Shown: positions 9,123-18,043 of the stretch, piece by piece
How the letters are laid out: each line of letters begins with the position of its first letter
How positions within the stretch are numbered: position 1 is the stretch's first letter
Source of the DNA: a virus
Virus record (IMG/VR): IMGVR_UViG_3300028573_000017
Coordinates: 4,217-68,216 of that record
Reading direction: 5' to 3' (one strand)
DNA length: 64,000 nucleotides
The notes under the pieces: model-generated
What the model was told of the DNA's origin: nothing
Database searches by the model: none
What the model saw: only the letters and a program-made list of their open reading frames with translations
Translations under genes and position numbers: made by a program

Positions 9123-9393
9123 TGGCCTCTCCTTCGTGTGGCAATGTCTTTTCGATCAAGGCAACGAGGTCGCCGACCGTGTACACGCCTTCCAGCTCGG
9201 TTTCGGTCATTTCAAGGCCAAACCGCTCTTCGCAGTGCATCACGATCTCGATCGCGTCGAGCGAATCGGCGTTGAGGTCGTCGAAGATGTTGGCGTCGAG
9301 GCGGACCTGCGACGGGTCGGTGCCGAGGAGCATCCGCAGAACGTCTTTCAGTTCGGCGGTGACGCGCTCGTGCAGTTCCTGAGAAAACGTCAT
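9088..9393 (-). CDS. acpP: Acyl carrier protein
   Basis: DDLNADSLDAIEIVM..EERFGLEM..TVGDLV with the intact phosphopantetheine Ser. Confidence 0.9.
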   Translation of the reverse strand: MTFSQELHERVTAELKDVLRMLLGTDPSQVRLDANIFDDLNADSLDAIEIVMHCEERFGLEMTETELEGVYTVGDLVALIEKTLPHEGEANAVKESRASAG

Positions 9394-9628
9394 GTTACCC
9401 TCGCTCGCAAGAGTTAGGTCACCACCGCCCGGAATATTGGCGACCGGATCGGCGGGTGTGCGTCCCTCCCCGGTCGCCAGTTTTCCGAAATGGGCGATTG
9501 TGGGCTACCTACATCACGTCCTCCTGCATTGCCCGGGTAGTACCGGATAGAACTGCTGCAAAGAGAAAGGCCGGGCTCGCGCCGCAGCCAGTTTATCGCC
9601 CAGGGGAGGAAGGGAGGGCGAGGTTCGA

Positions 9629-9823
9629 TCATGGCGCGCCAGCCGATTCGCGCGCCAGAATGCCGATGAGCTTGGAAAGCGGTCCGCGGGGATCGAGTTT
9701 GCCTTCCTCGATTCGGGAAATGGTCGACTGGTCACAGCCAAGGTAATCGGCCATTTGCTTCTGCGACCACCCGCGACTGGCTCGAAGACGCTTCAATTCC
9801 GCCTTCGGCTCTTTCTTTGGCAT
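9629..9823 (-). CDS. Cro-like XRE HTH regulator
   Basis: LKRLRASRGWSQKQMADYLGCDQSTISRIEEG; 64 aa with no peptidase domain. Confidence 0.88.
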   Translation of the reverse strand: MPKKEPKAELKRLRASRGWSQKQMADYLGCDQSTISRIEEGKLDPRGPLSKLIGILARESAGAP

Positions 9824-9854
9824 CGTCCGTTCCCTAGTGACGCTGGCTTGCCGC

Positions 9855-9948
9855 AAAATATGCACGACGCATTGCCGCTGTCAACGCAGCCACAGAAAGA
9901 AAAATGCATAGCGCATGGTTGACAGGCTTTATGCACGCCGCATATGTT
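9855..9948. promoter_or_regulatory. Divergent sigma70 promoters with three ATGCA-N4-GCAT operators
   Basis: Leftward TTGACA (9884-9879) and TATTTT; rightward TTGACA (9919-9924) and TATGTT; palindromes at 9860-9872, 9904-9916 and 9931-9943. Confidence 0.8.
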
Positions 9949-9977
9949 GCGTGCGACGACCTAAACCGGAGAGGCCA

Positions 9978-10190
9978 ATGAGCGGAGAGAAGGATAATTT
10001 CTGGCTGGTGTGGAACCCGCAACGGGGAAGCCCGTCGTTTCGCCACACCAACGGCGACTCCGCGCTGGCTGAGGCTAAGCGTCTGGCAATTCAGCATCCG
10101 GGTGAGGGATTCTTTACCTTGGTTGCCGTCCACGCCGTACAGGCGATGGAGCCGGTCACCGTGACCAAACTCGACGACATACCGTTTTAG
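9978..10190 (+). CDS. Phage hypothetical protein
   Basis: FWLVWNP..P..RH...A.AEAKRLA..HPG..F; RBS GGAG. Confidence 0.75.
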   Translation: MSGEKDNFWLVWNPQRGSPSFRHTNGDSALAEAKRLAIQHPGEGFFTLVAVHAVQAMEPVTVTKLDDIPF

Positions 10191-10200
10191 GACGCGCCCG

Positions 10201-10620
10201 ATGACCGCCAACCCCGACGACCGCATCCCCGACGTGGACGAGGGCCTGCAGGGCCGCATGGACACGCGCGGCGCGGGCGTACAGCAGCCAGACTGGCAGA
10301 AGATGGACACGGCGCCACGCGATGGGCGCGGCTTCCTCGTCCAGAGGCTTCCCTATGCTGATGCCGACCTGTGCATGAGGCGGGTTAAGTGGGTCGAAGA
10401 CGGCGACAAGGTAAAGGTTGTCGATTTGGGCGGGTGGGTGATCGTTGACGGGATCGACGACGATTTCACCGAGTTCCTCCCAACCAGCGGTCAGGCTGCC
10501 GTTATCGTCGCGCCTGACCACCTCAACTCCACTCACATTTGGCGATGGATACCGCTGCCCCAAGCGCCCGCCGAGGTGCTCGCCGCGATTCGCTCCGAAC
10601 TCGGATGGGCAAAGCCATGA
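10201..10620 (+). CDS. Hypothetical protein (DUF551-like)
   Basis: WQKMDTAPRDG...WIPLPQAP. Confidence 0.6.
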   Translation: MTANPDDRIPDVDEGLQGRMDTRGAGVQQPDWQKMDTAPRDGRGFLVQRLPYADADLCMRRVKWVEDGDKVKVVDLGGWVIVDGIDDDFTEFLPTSGQAAVIVAPDHLNSTHIWRWIPLPQAPAEVLAAIRSELGWAKP

Positions 10621-10934
10621 ACGCGCTCACCGCCGCGATCGCCGATATGCAGGCCAGCCTCGCCGGCACGCTGGAGGCCGTCCACGAGGCCAACGCGAAT
10701 CTGTTCCTGGCGGAGAAATGGCGGCTTGTTCGGGCGGTCTACGGCGCCGAGACGGTCTTTCCCGCCGCATGGCCGATCATCGGCAAGACGACGGATGAGG
10801 TGCGGGCCGATTGCCGTGAGGCGCTTGAGATTCAGCGGACGATAGGACGGACGGGGCACTGGTCGTTCGACGGCAGTCGGTTGCGGGCGCTTGTCCCGGC
10901 CGAGCGGGCGCTGGCAAGGATGGTGGCAGCATGA
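10617..10934 (+). CDS. Hypothetical protein
   Basis: ATGA coupling at both ends. Confidence 0.6.
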   Translation: MNALTAAIADMQASLAGTLEAVHEANANLFLAEKWRLVRAVYGAETVFPAAWPIIGKTTDEVRADCREALEIQRTIGRTGHWSFDGSRLRALVPAERALARMVAA

Positions 10935-11341
10935 GCTACGCATCGAAAACCAAAGTCGGCGTGGACAAGACGCGGAACGAGATCGAGACCACGCTGAAGC
11001 GCTACGGCGCGTCGAGTTTCGCTTATGCCAGCGAGCCTCAGCGCGCGACCATCATCTTTGAGGCTGCCGATCGCCGCGTGCGCTTCGAGTTGCCGCTGCC
11101 ACCGGACGAGGAGAAGTACGCGCAGGCGCGTCGGTCGCGCTGGCGGGCCCTCCTCCTCTGCATCAAAGCGAAACTCGAAGCGGTCGCGAGCAAGATCGAG
11201 ACGTTCGACGAGGCTTTCTTAGCGCATGTCGTCATGCCGGACGGGTTTACCGTCGGCCAACACACCCTGGGCCCGGTCAAACAAGCCTATCTCGACAAGA
11301 AGATGGTCCCGCTGCTCGCAGCCCCGGAGAAACCGGCATGA
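10931..11341 (+). CDS. Phage hypothetical protein
   Basis: EIETTLKRYGA..RWRALLLCIKAKLEAV..FDEAFLAH. Confidence 0.75.
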   Translation: MSYASKTKVGVDKTRNEIETTLKRYGASSFAYASEPQRATIIFEAADRRVRFELPLPPDEEKYAQARRSRWRALLLCIKAKLEAVASKIETFDEAFLAHVVMPDGFTVGQHTLGPVKQAYLDKKMVPLLAAPEKPA

Positions 11342-11502
11342 GCGAGTTTATCGTCACGAGCTATTGGGCCAAGCCAATCCCGATGCGGCAGTTCGATTGG
11401 TCGGCGTGGTTTGAAGGCACTGAGGACGAGGGAATGCCGTTGGGCTACGGCCGCACCGAGGCCGAGGCCATCGCGGACCTGAAGGAGCAAGTCGAGGAAT
11501 GA
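11338..11502 (+). CDS. Small phage protein
   Basis: PIPMRQFDWSA..GYGRTEAEAIADL; coupled at both ends. Confidence 0.6.
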   Translation: MSEFIVTSYWAKPIPMRQFDWSAWFEGTEDEGMPLGYGRTEAEAIADLKEQVEE

Positions 11503-12452
11503 GCAACGATTACGCTTATTGGCAGGCCAAGCTCCGCGGCGAAGACCCGGATCCACTCGCCGATCGCACCGTCATGCCGTGCGGCTTTTTCCGCACGAGT
11601 CACAACGAACCGCTTGCCTGCTGGCTCGACGACAGCGGCGAGCGGATTGCGACGATTAGCGGTCACCCCATGACGCGCAGCCGCATGGAGCGCGTCGCGG
11701 AGGTGGGCGGCTTTGGCAAGGCCATCACCGAAGATGCGTACCGCTTTCGCATGAAGAACGGACACTTCCCCGACGATCCGCCGCTGCACGAACCTGGCAT
11801 TGGACACAATCTCAGCGGTGACGCGCTGGTCGACATCAAGGCCGAACTCGACAGCGAGGTCGAGACGACCACCGCCTTCCTAGCCAAGCCGATCGAGACA
11901 CAAGAGGACGCCGACCGCTGCGGAACGTGGTCCCGCCGCGTCGGGCAGTTGGCGAAGCGCGCCGACGAGGCGCACGACGTCGAGAAGGAACCGCATTTGG
12001 TCGCTGGCCGCGCCGTCGATGACCGCTGGCGTCCGATCCGCGAGGGTGCCACAGGCCTCACGCGGAAGCTGAAGGACCATCTGGAAACGTACCTGAAGGC
12101 GCAGCGCCGCAAGCAGGAGGAGGCCGCCCGCGCCGCCGCTGCCGAGGCCGAGCGCCTGCGCCGGGAGGCCGCGACGGCCACCGAGGAGCAGCGCACGGCG
12201 CTCAACCGTGAGGCCGCAGCGCACGAGAAGAAGGCCGCCGCGCCGATCAGCACCACGGCGGGCCGGACGGGCTTCAAGGTCGCGCTCAAGACCGAAACGC
12301 GGGCGCGCATCGTCGACTACAACAAGGCGCTGAAAGCTGTGAAGGACAACGCCGAGATCAAGGAACTGGTGCAGACGCTGGCGAACCGCGCCGCGAAGGC
12401 TGGCATCCCGCTGGCCGGGACAGAGATAGAGAAAGTGGAGGCAGTACGCTAA
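11499..12452 (+). CDS. Coiled-coil protein of the recombination module (Gp157/Gam-like)
   Basis: PGIGHN motif, long coiled coil, C-terminal GIPLAG; lies upstream of recT. Confidence 0.55.
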   Translation: MSNDYAYWQAKLRGEDPDPLADRTVMPCGFFRTSHNEPLACWLDDSGERIATISGHPMTRSRMERVAEVGGFGKAITEDAYRFRMKNGHFPDDPPLHEPGIGHNLSGDALVDIKAELDSEVETTTAFLAKPIETQEDADRCGTWSRRVGQLAKRADEAHDVEKEPHLVAGRAVDDRWRPIREGATGLTRKLKDHLETYLKAQRRKQEEAARAAAAEAERLRREAATATEEQRTALNREAAAHEKKAAAPISTTAGRTGFKVALKTETRARIVDYNKALKAVKDNAEIKELVQTLANRAAKAGIPLAGTEIEKVEAVR

Positions 12453-12676
12453 TGGCCGATGACAAGGAAACGACGATCACAATCTCGATGAGCCGGAAAG
12501 TCAATCTTGGCAATTACTCGTCCGCCGACTGTTTTGTGTCGATCAGCGGCATCAAAGCCGGGATGACGGTGGAGGAACTGACGCCACTCATCGACACCGG
12601 CAAGGTCGGGTGGGAACTGGTCAAACACGCGCTAACCGAAAAAGTCCGCGAAATCATCTCGGAGAATGCACGATGA
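12452..12676 (+). CDS. Hypothetical protein
   Basis: RKVNLGNYSS motif; coupled. Confidence 0.6.
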   Translation: MADDKETTITISMSRKVNLGNYSSADCFVSISGIKAGMTVEELTPLIDTGKVGWELVKHALTEKVREIISENAR

Positions 12677-13782
12677 ACGACAAGACGCCCGCCACGACGG
12701 AGACGCGCGCCGTCGTCCCGTTCCGCGATCAGTTGGCGCAGCAGGCCGGGCAGTTCTCCGCTGTGCTTCCTTCGCATATCCCGGTCGAGCGCTTCCAGCG
12801 CGTCGTGATGACCGCCGTCCAGAACAACCCGAAGCTTCTTGAGGCCGACCGGCGGTCGCTCTGGAACTCGGCCATGCGCGCTGCCCAGGATGGTCTTCTG
12901 CCCGACGGCAGAGAGGGCGCCATGGTGCTCTTCAAGAACGTCGTCCAGTGGATGCCCATGGTTGCCGGCATTCGCAAGAAGGTCCGCCAGTCAGGCGAGA
13001 TTGCGACGTGGGACGCCTATGTCGTCCACGCCAAGGATGCGTTCGAGTTCGAGCTCGGCGACGACCCGTTCATCAAGCACAAGCCGTCGATGGATGCCGA
13101 CCCCGGCAAGGTGATTGCAGCCTATTCGGTGGCGACGCTGAAGAGCGGCGAGAAAAGCCGCGAGGTGATGACGGTCGCGCAGATCGAGAAGGTGCGCGCC
13201 GTGTCACGCGCGAAGGACAACGGGCCGTGGGTGTCGTGGTACGAGGAGATGTGCCGCAAGACCGTAATTCGCCGGCACTCCAAGTCACTGCCCATGTCGA
13301 CCGACATCGACGAGATCATCCGGCGCGATGAGGCCGACGACGCTGCAGCAGACCGGGCGCTGGTACCGCCGCCCGCGCCAACCGCAGCAGCGCACGTCGC
13401 CCACGATCCTGCAACCGGCGAGATCGTCGAAGAAACGATTTGGGCCGATGCCAACGAGGCCGCGCCCGACAAGACCGGCAATGCGTCCCCCGGCGCATCG
13501 CTGCAGGAGGCGCCGTCATCCCCCACCCCCGCGCAGGACGGCGCCTCCGCCAATCCCCCCGCCGCGCCGGTTGAGGCTACGGGCGCTCCGGCACCGCGGG
13601 CGATCACAAACTGGACCGAGGCAGAGTGCCGCCGACATGGCGTGGCCGCCTTTGAGAAGGGCATGATGCGCACGGCGGCTGTCCATCCGAAGTTGCGCGT
13701 CGACGGGCAGGAGCAGCGCCAGGCGTGGATCCTCGACGGCTACGACGAGGCGGCGGAGACGGCGGCCAAGCTGGCCGACTGA
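12673..13782 (+). CDS. recT: RecT-family single-strand annealing protein with C-terminal extension
   Basis: LP.HIP.ERF.R..AAQDGLLPDGRE..GPW..W.EEM.RKTVIRR..K.LP. Confidence 0.92.
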   Translation: MNDKTPATTETRAVVPFRDQLAQQAGQFSAVLPSHIPVERFQRVVMTAVQNNPKLLEADRRSLWNSAMRAAQDGLLPDGREGAMVLFKNVVQWMPMVAGIRKKVRQSGEIATWDAYVVHAKDAFEFELGDDPFIKHKPSMDADPGKVIAAYSVATLKSGEKSREVMTVAQIEKVRAVSRAKDNGPWVSWYEEMCRKTVIRRHSKSLPMSTDIDEIIRRDEADDAAADRALVPPPAPTAAAHVAHDPATGEIVEETIWADANEAAPDKTGNASPGASLQEAPSSPTPAQDGASANPPAAPVEATGAPAPRAITNWTEAECRRHGVAAFEKGMMRTAAVHPKLRVDGQEQRQAWILDGYDEAAETAAKLAD

Positions 13783-13792
13783 GGGAAAACGG

Positions 13793-14140
13793 ATGGAACA
13801 GGTCCAGAGCTACCCGCTGACATGGCCGCAGGGCTTTCCGCGCGTCAAAGCGCGTGAGAACGGGCAATTCCGCACTGAACTGCACAAGGCTTTGAACAAC
13901 GTCGAAGGGTCGCTGCGTCATCCGCTCCCGCGACGAACCGCCAGCCCGCCCGGATGGAGAAACGAAATGACGATCAAGATTATTCGCCAGCCTGATCTGC
14001 ACATGACCGCCAGTGAATTGGCGCGCTATCGCCACGAATACGAGAAGGCGTTTGCGTTCTACTCCGGCGCGCCGCCCGACTTTGAAGATTGGGTTCGCGC
14101 CCAGAAAGAAGCCCACCTGGATGCGGGGAAGAAGGAGTGA
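13793..14140 (+). CDS. Apparent fusion of a truncated phage J-domain-associated protein N-terminus to a small ORF
   Basis: YPLTWPQGFPR..F N-terminus, then an internal RBS (GGAG) and ATG (MTIKIIRQ). Confidence 0.45.
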   Translation: MEQVQSYPLTWPQGFPRVKARENGQFRTELHKALNNVEGSLRHPLPRRTASPPGWRNEMTIKIIRQPDLHMTASELARYRHEYEKAFAFYSGAPPDFEDWVRAQKEAHLDAGKKE

Positions 14141-14144
14141 GGGG

Positions 14145-14345
14145 ATGAGCGACAGGCAATTTACCCATCCGAATCTCGGCAAAGAAGTCCGTGTCGAAGT
14201 CTGGGGCAACGAGGTCCGCCTGATCTTCGTATGCGCGACCGAGGGCAAGGCCAACAGCGCGGCCGATGACATTCTCGCCCAGCTGCAATCCGGGATGCTC
14301 AACGTCACGCTTGCCGGCAAGCCTACGAGCATTGTCCATGACTGA
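14145..14345 (+). CDS. Hypothetical protein
   Basis: RBS GAGGGG. Confidence 0.55.
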   Translation: MSDRQFTHPNLGKEVRVEVWGNEVRLIFVCATEGKANSAADDILAQLQSGMLNVTLAGKPTSIVHD

Positions 14346-15588
14346 CTCCACCACCCCGCCAGAGGCAGCAGCGCCGGTCGATACGGCACGAGAGGCGCTG
14401 GCCTCCCGCATCGGACTGGAAACAGCCGCTCGTTGGGGATCGCACAGCGCGTCCGCAGCGCAAATGATCGCGGCTGGCATTATTCGGGCGCTTGCCGAAG
14501 TCGCCGCCCCCAGCCAAGGGGATGATGAGCCAGTTCAGAAGCAACTCTATCCGGGCGTGATGCTCTGGGCTGCTCCATCCGTTTGGAGCCGGATGACGCT
14601 ATCACGCGGTCAGAACGACGAATTGGTGTATCGCCTCGCCGCCCTCGTCCCCGAGGCAAAGCAGGAAGGCGCCGACCCGCGCCAACTGCGCCGAGAGATT
14701 CGTAAACTATTGAGCCGTCACGCCTTTGAGATAGACGGCCTTGATGGCGAGAGCACGCTGCTGGCTTCAGACTTGCGCTCGGCAATCGTCGCTCTCGATG
14801 TCGCCCCGCCAGCGCCGCCACACGAAGGAGGTGATTCCCATTCGTTCGGACCTTCTGAGAGAACCGAGAAAGGGGGACATATAGCACGGCCTGATCCGGT
14901 CCCATCCCCGGATCAGGCCACCCCCAAGCCGCTATTTCTGACTGATTGGGAACGAGCCGATTATGAGCGTCGCAAGAAGGGATTACCAGAATTAGGACCA
15001 CTTGGTTCGGCCACCCCCAGCCAGGGGGATGTGGAGGCGCTTACGGTCGATGCTGAGAAGCGGGCTAACGTGCTTCTGGCGCGAGCGGACAGCGTAGCGG
15101 GCAGCATTGGCGAACAACCCCTACCCGATCAGGTCCGAGGCGCTTTGCGCTACGGCATAACAGTCGCAATTGTGGATGTCGCCACCGCCGCCCGCGCGGA
15201 GAGCCGGGCAGAGATCGAGCGACTGACGTCGGCACTCGCTGCACGCGGACAGGAAAAGGCGACGATCTACGCCAACCTCGAAGAGTGCCGCCAGCAACGC
15301 AAGGTCGCCGAGGCATCCGCCCGCAAGGCCGGGGAGGAGATGCGGGAGCGGCTACTATCCGACACCACTGTCGAACGGGCTGCACGCGCGATGTGCATTG
15401 AACACGGCGTTGTCTTTCCAGATGACGAAGGCCCCGGCTTTGTTCATTCGGTGCCAGATCGCGGCGATGGTATCCCCGGCATCATTCGCGACCACCACGG
15501 CCCAATGTGGAAGATGTTCGTGGCAGATGCGAAGGCCGCTTTAGCAGCCGCCCTCCCCATGCCGGGTGACGGGAAGGCGGGGCGGTGA
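14338..15588 (+). CDS. Mosaic hypothetical protein
   Basis: Long ORF with repeated (A/T)PSQGD linkers and a coiled coil. Confidence 0.55.
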   Translation: MTDSTTPPEAAAPVDTAREALASRIGLETAARWGSHSASAAQMIAAGIIRALAEVAAPSQGDDEPVQKQLYPGVMLWAAPSVWSRMTLSRGQNDELVYRLAALVPEAKQEGADPRQLRREIRKLLSRHAFEIDGLDGESTLLASDLRSAIVALDVAPPAPPHEGGDSHSFGPSERTEKGGHIARPDPVPSPDQATPKPLFLTDWERADYERRKKGLPELGPLGSATPSQGDVEALTVDAEKRANVLLARADSVAGSIGEQPLPDQVRGALRYGITVAIVDVATAARAESRAEIERLTSALAARGQEKATIYANLEECRQQRKVAEASARKAGEEMRERLLSDTTVERAARAMCIEHGVVFPDDEGPGFVHSVPDRGDGIPGIIRDHHGPMWKMFVADAKAALAAALPMPGDGKAGR

Positions 15589-15854
15589 GCATCGAATACG
15601 TTACGCGCGGGATGACGTTCGACAATCTCTATGTCGAGGTCACGGTGATCCGCTACATCTGCAACGAGTGCGCGCGGCGCGAATGTTTTCACGATGTACC
15701 TACGCCCTACGGAGAAGCGGTCCCGACGCCTCAAGGGCGCGGATGGGAACTGATCTACCCGATTGACGATGGCGAGCAAGAGGCTCGCTGCCCTCAATGC
15801 GTAGCTTCCCACAAGCCCCACCCACCCGCGCCACCAGAAGGGAGCGGGGGATGA
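15585..15854 (+). CDS. Zn-ribbon protein
   Basis: CNEC...CPQC. Confidence 0.55.
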   Translation: MSIEYVTRGMTFDNLYVEVTVIRYICNECARRECFHDVPTPYGEAVPTPQGRGWELIYPIDDGEQEARCPQCVASHKPHPPAPPEGSGG

Positions 15855-16357
15855 GCCGCGGCCGGCTTGTCGTCCTGCTGTGGGTCGGCGCGGCGCTTTG
15901 GTTGGGGGCCACGCTCGCCGTCGCCTACGGTGCCGAGGAAGGCTATTGTTCCATCTGGGCACGCGAGGCGACCCGCATCGGGCTGGCCGAAGCGTCCGAC
16001 GTGGATCTGGCGACCTTGACGCCGGACGTCATCAAGTACGCGCTGTCCCGCAACTTCAGCATCTGCTTGAACGCCGACGAGAACCCCGCGCTGCCGGCCA
16101 CGCCGCTCGCCTCGGACAGCGCGTGGCTCGAGATGGCCGCGCGCAACGTGCGCGACAAGCTAGGACAAGTTTCCGCAGGCGCCAAAGGGGCTGGGGAGAG
16201 CGCGGAAAGCTCGTCGATCCAGCCCCTGCCAATCACATCGAAGTACGATCCGCAGGACATTGCCAAGTGCAGGCGACAGTTCCGCAGCTTCGACCCCAAG
16301 GACAACACCGTCGTCGAAAGACATCACAAACGGAGGCAACTGTGCCCGCTTCTATGA
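15851..16357 (+). CDS. Secreted protein with C-terminal BA14K-like domain
   Basis: Signal peptide; CRRQFRSFDPKDNT....KRRQLC. Confidence 0.75.
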   Translation: MSRGRLVVLLWVGAALWLGATLAVAYGAEEGYCSIWAREATRIGLAEASDVDLATLTPDVIKYALSRNFSICLNADENPALPATPLASDSAWLEMAARNVRDKLGQVSAGAKGAGESAESSSIQPLPITSKYDPQDIAKCRRQFRSFDPKDNTVVERHHKRRQLCPLL

Positions 16358-16581
16358 ACGTTGAACTGGCCAACCAAACCCGCGTGACGATGGTCAAGGA
16401 AATCGCCCACGGGATCTGCTTGGTCACCGGGCCGAAGCCGGAGTGCCTGTGTCAAGGCAATCGCGCCAGGTGCCACAGTGCCAAGCTCTATAGCGACTTT
16501 GCCATCGGTGCGCTGCTCGCGCTCGAGCGGGCTGGCTATTCGATCACGCCGCCCGATACCGCTATGGTGCCGGCGCCTTGA
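16354..16581 (+). CDS. Hypothetical protein
   Basis: ATGA coupling; last gene of the + operon. Confidence 0.5.
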   Translation: MNVELANQTRVTMVKEIAHGICLVTGPKPECLCQGNRARCHSAKLYSDFAIGALLALERAGYSITPPDTAMVPAP

Positions 16582-16765
16582 ACTGTCCGCACCATTCGTC
16601 CGGCATCACCGTCGGCCACTTGGTCTCGAACGTCGTCTGGGCGCTGCCGGAGGCTGGCGTCGGCGGCACGGCGAACACGCGCGGCGTCGACTGACGGCAT
16701 AGCCCTTTCGTCGGCGGATCGTCGGCCGCTAGGAAGAACGCGCACGTCGCGCAGGTGTCGGTCAT
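16562..16765 (-). CDS. Small Cys-rich phage protein
   Basis: CATC..GLCR..P..WP.V..DEWCGQF. Confidence 0.7.
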   Translation of the reverse strand: MTDTCATCAFFLAADDPPTKGLCRQSTPRVFAVPPTPASGSAQTTFETKWPTVMPDEWCGQFKAPAP

Positions 16766-17037
16766 CGCCTGGATAATCCCCGTTCTCGCAAGTCAGCCGC
16801 CCGGTCGAGACTGCGGCGCATTTCGATCATCCGGTCCGTCGCTTCCTCGATGCGATCGCCCAAGCGATCGACTCGTCGCGCGTCGTCGTCGTCCAGCCGC
16901 ACGGTGAGCTGCGTTGATGCTGACTCGCCGGCGTCCTCGGTCGGCCGCATCTTTCGGGCCCCGTAGACAGCCGCCACCCCGGCGATGAGAAGTCCGCCGA
17001 CCGTAATCAGGTCGCTGCCACTGAAGAAGTCAGCCAT
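16762..17037 (-). CDS. Single-TM coiled-coil protein
   Basis: N-terminal TM followed by a coiled coil. Confidence 0.6.
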   Translation of the reverse strand: MADFFSGSDLITVGGLLIAGVAAVYGARKMRPTEDAGESASTQLTVRLDDDDARRVDRLGDRIEEATDRMIEMRRSLDRAADLRERGLSRR

Positions 17038-17049
17038 GTAGCCATGCTC

Positions 17050-17550
17050 TCAGCTTGCAGACGGGGCGGACTTATCGGTAACGCGCGCTTCTGATCTTGT
17101 TGCCTTGGTGAAGTCGCGCACCGAGCGGCCTACGCTGAACATATCGGCCGCCAAGAGAACGACGACGAATGCAACCCCCGGGAGAATATGCCCTAACCGC
17201 AGGCTGGCGTCATAAAAGCTGGCAAGTATTTGCGACCACAGGACGACGCCAAGAATTGCGCCCCCAATGCGCACGAGCGGCGACCCTCGCGGCGACCTGC
17301 CGTTGATATAGAGAGCGACGATCCGCGTGATGCCGACGGCGATCATGGCCGTGCCCCACCACGTCGCAGGGAGCTTGGCGAGAAGGTTGAGGAAGCCACC
17401 ACCGCTGCCGCTGGATAGCGTCGCCGGAACGTCCGGCTGCATGAACACCAGGCCGAGCATGATGGTCGTCAGCGACGTCTGCCACTCGAGGACCCGCGAC
17501 ATCGACAGCCGGTGGCTCGACCGGGATATGAATACGTTGGTGATCTGCAT
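17050..17550 (-). CDS. Four-TM membrane protein (holin-like)
   Basis: Four hydrophobic helices; NG..P.GSP..R motif. Confidence 0.65.
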   Translation of the reverse strand: MQITNVFISRSSHRLSMSRVLEWQTSLTTIMLGLVFMQPDVPATLSSGSGGGFLNLLAKLPATWWGTAMIAVGITRIVALYINGRSPRGSPLVRIGGAILGVVLWSQILASFYDASLRLGHILPGVAFVVVLLAADMFSVGRSVRDFTKATRSEARVTDKSAPSAS

Positions 17551-17553
17551 GGG

Positions 17554-17856
17554 CTATGGTGTAGGGCTCTTCAGCAGGATCTTCAGCATCTGCTTTTGAA
17601 CGTCCTTGAGCGTCGCAAGATCCGACTCGGCCCGCGCGCTGGACAGTTCCTCATCGTGCTGCTTGTTAAAAAGACCGTTGGCCTTGTCGTCGAGCTTCTT
17701 CAAGGTGTCCTCGATCGACGAGATGCGCCCGTCGACCGTAGTGCGAACGAAGTCCTCGGCGCGCGGTTCCAGGATGAACCACGTCCCGGTCCCGATAACC
17801 GAAAGCACGGTCAGGAATTCGACAACGCGCTGCCCGAGCGACGTCAGATTGTCCAT
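17554..17856 (-). CDS. Single-TM coiled-coil protein
   Basis: TM followed by heptad repeats. Confidence 0.6.
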   Translation of the reverse strand: MDNLTSLGQRVVEFLTVLSVIGTGTWFILEPRAEDFVRTTVDGRISSIEDTLKKLDDKANGLFNKQHDEELSSARAESDLATLKDVQKQMLKILLKSPTP

Positions 17857-17868
17857 CGTACGCCCCGT

Positions 17869-18042
17869 CTAGTGAGAGTGCAGACTGCCGAGGTTGCCGG
17901 TGAGCAGCAGGATGATGAAGATAACGAGGAGCACTCCGATCAAGCCGGACGGCCCGTAACCCCAATTGCGGGCGTAGGGCCACGACGGGATCGCGCCGAT
18001 GAGGAGCAGGATCAGAACGACGATTAGAATTGTACCGAGCAT
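17869..18042 (-). CDS. DUF3309-family small membrane protein
   Basis: LILLLIGAIPSWPYARNWGYGPSG. Confidence 0.85.
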   Translation of the reverse strand: MLGTILIVVLILLLIGAIPSWPYARNWGYGPSGLIGVLLVIFIILLLTGNLGSLHSH

Positions 18043-18043
18043 G

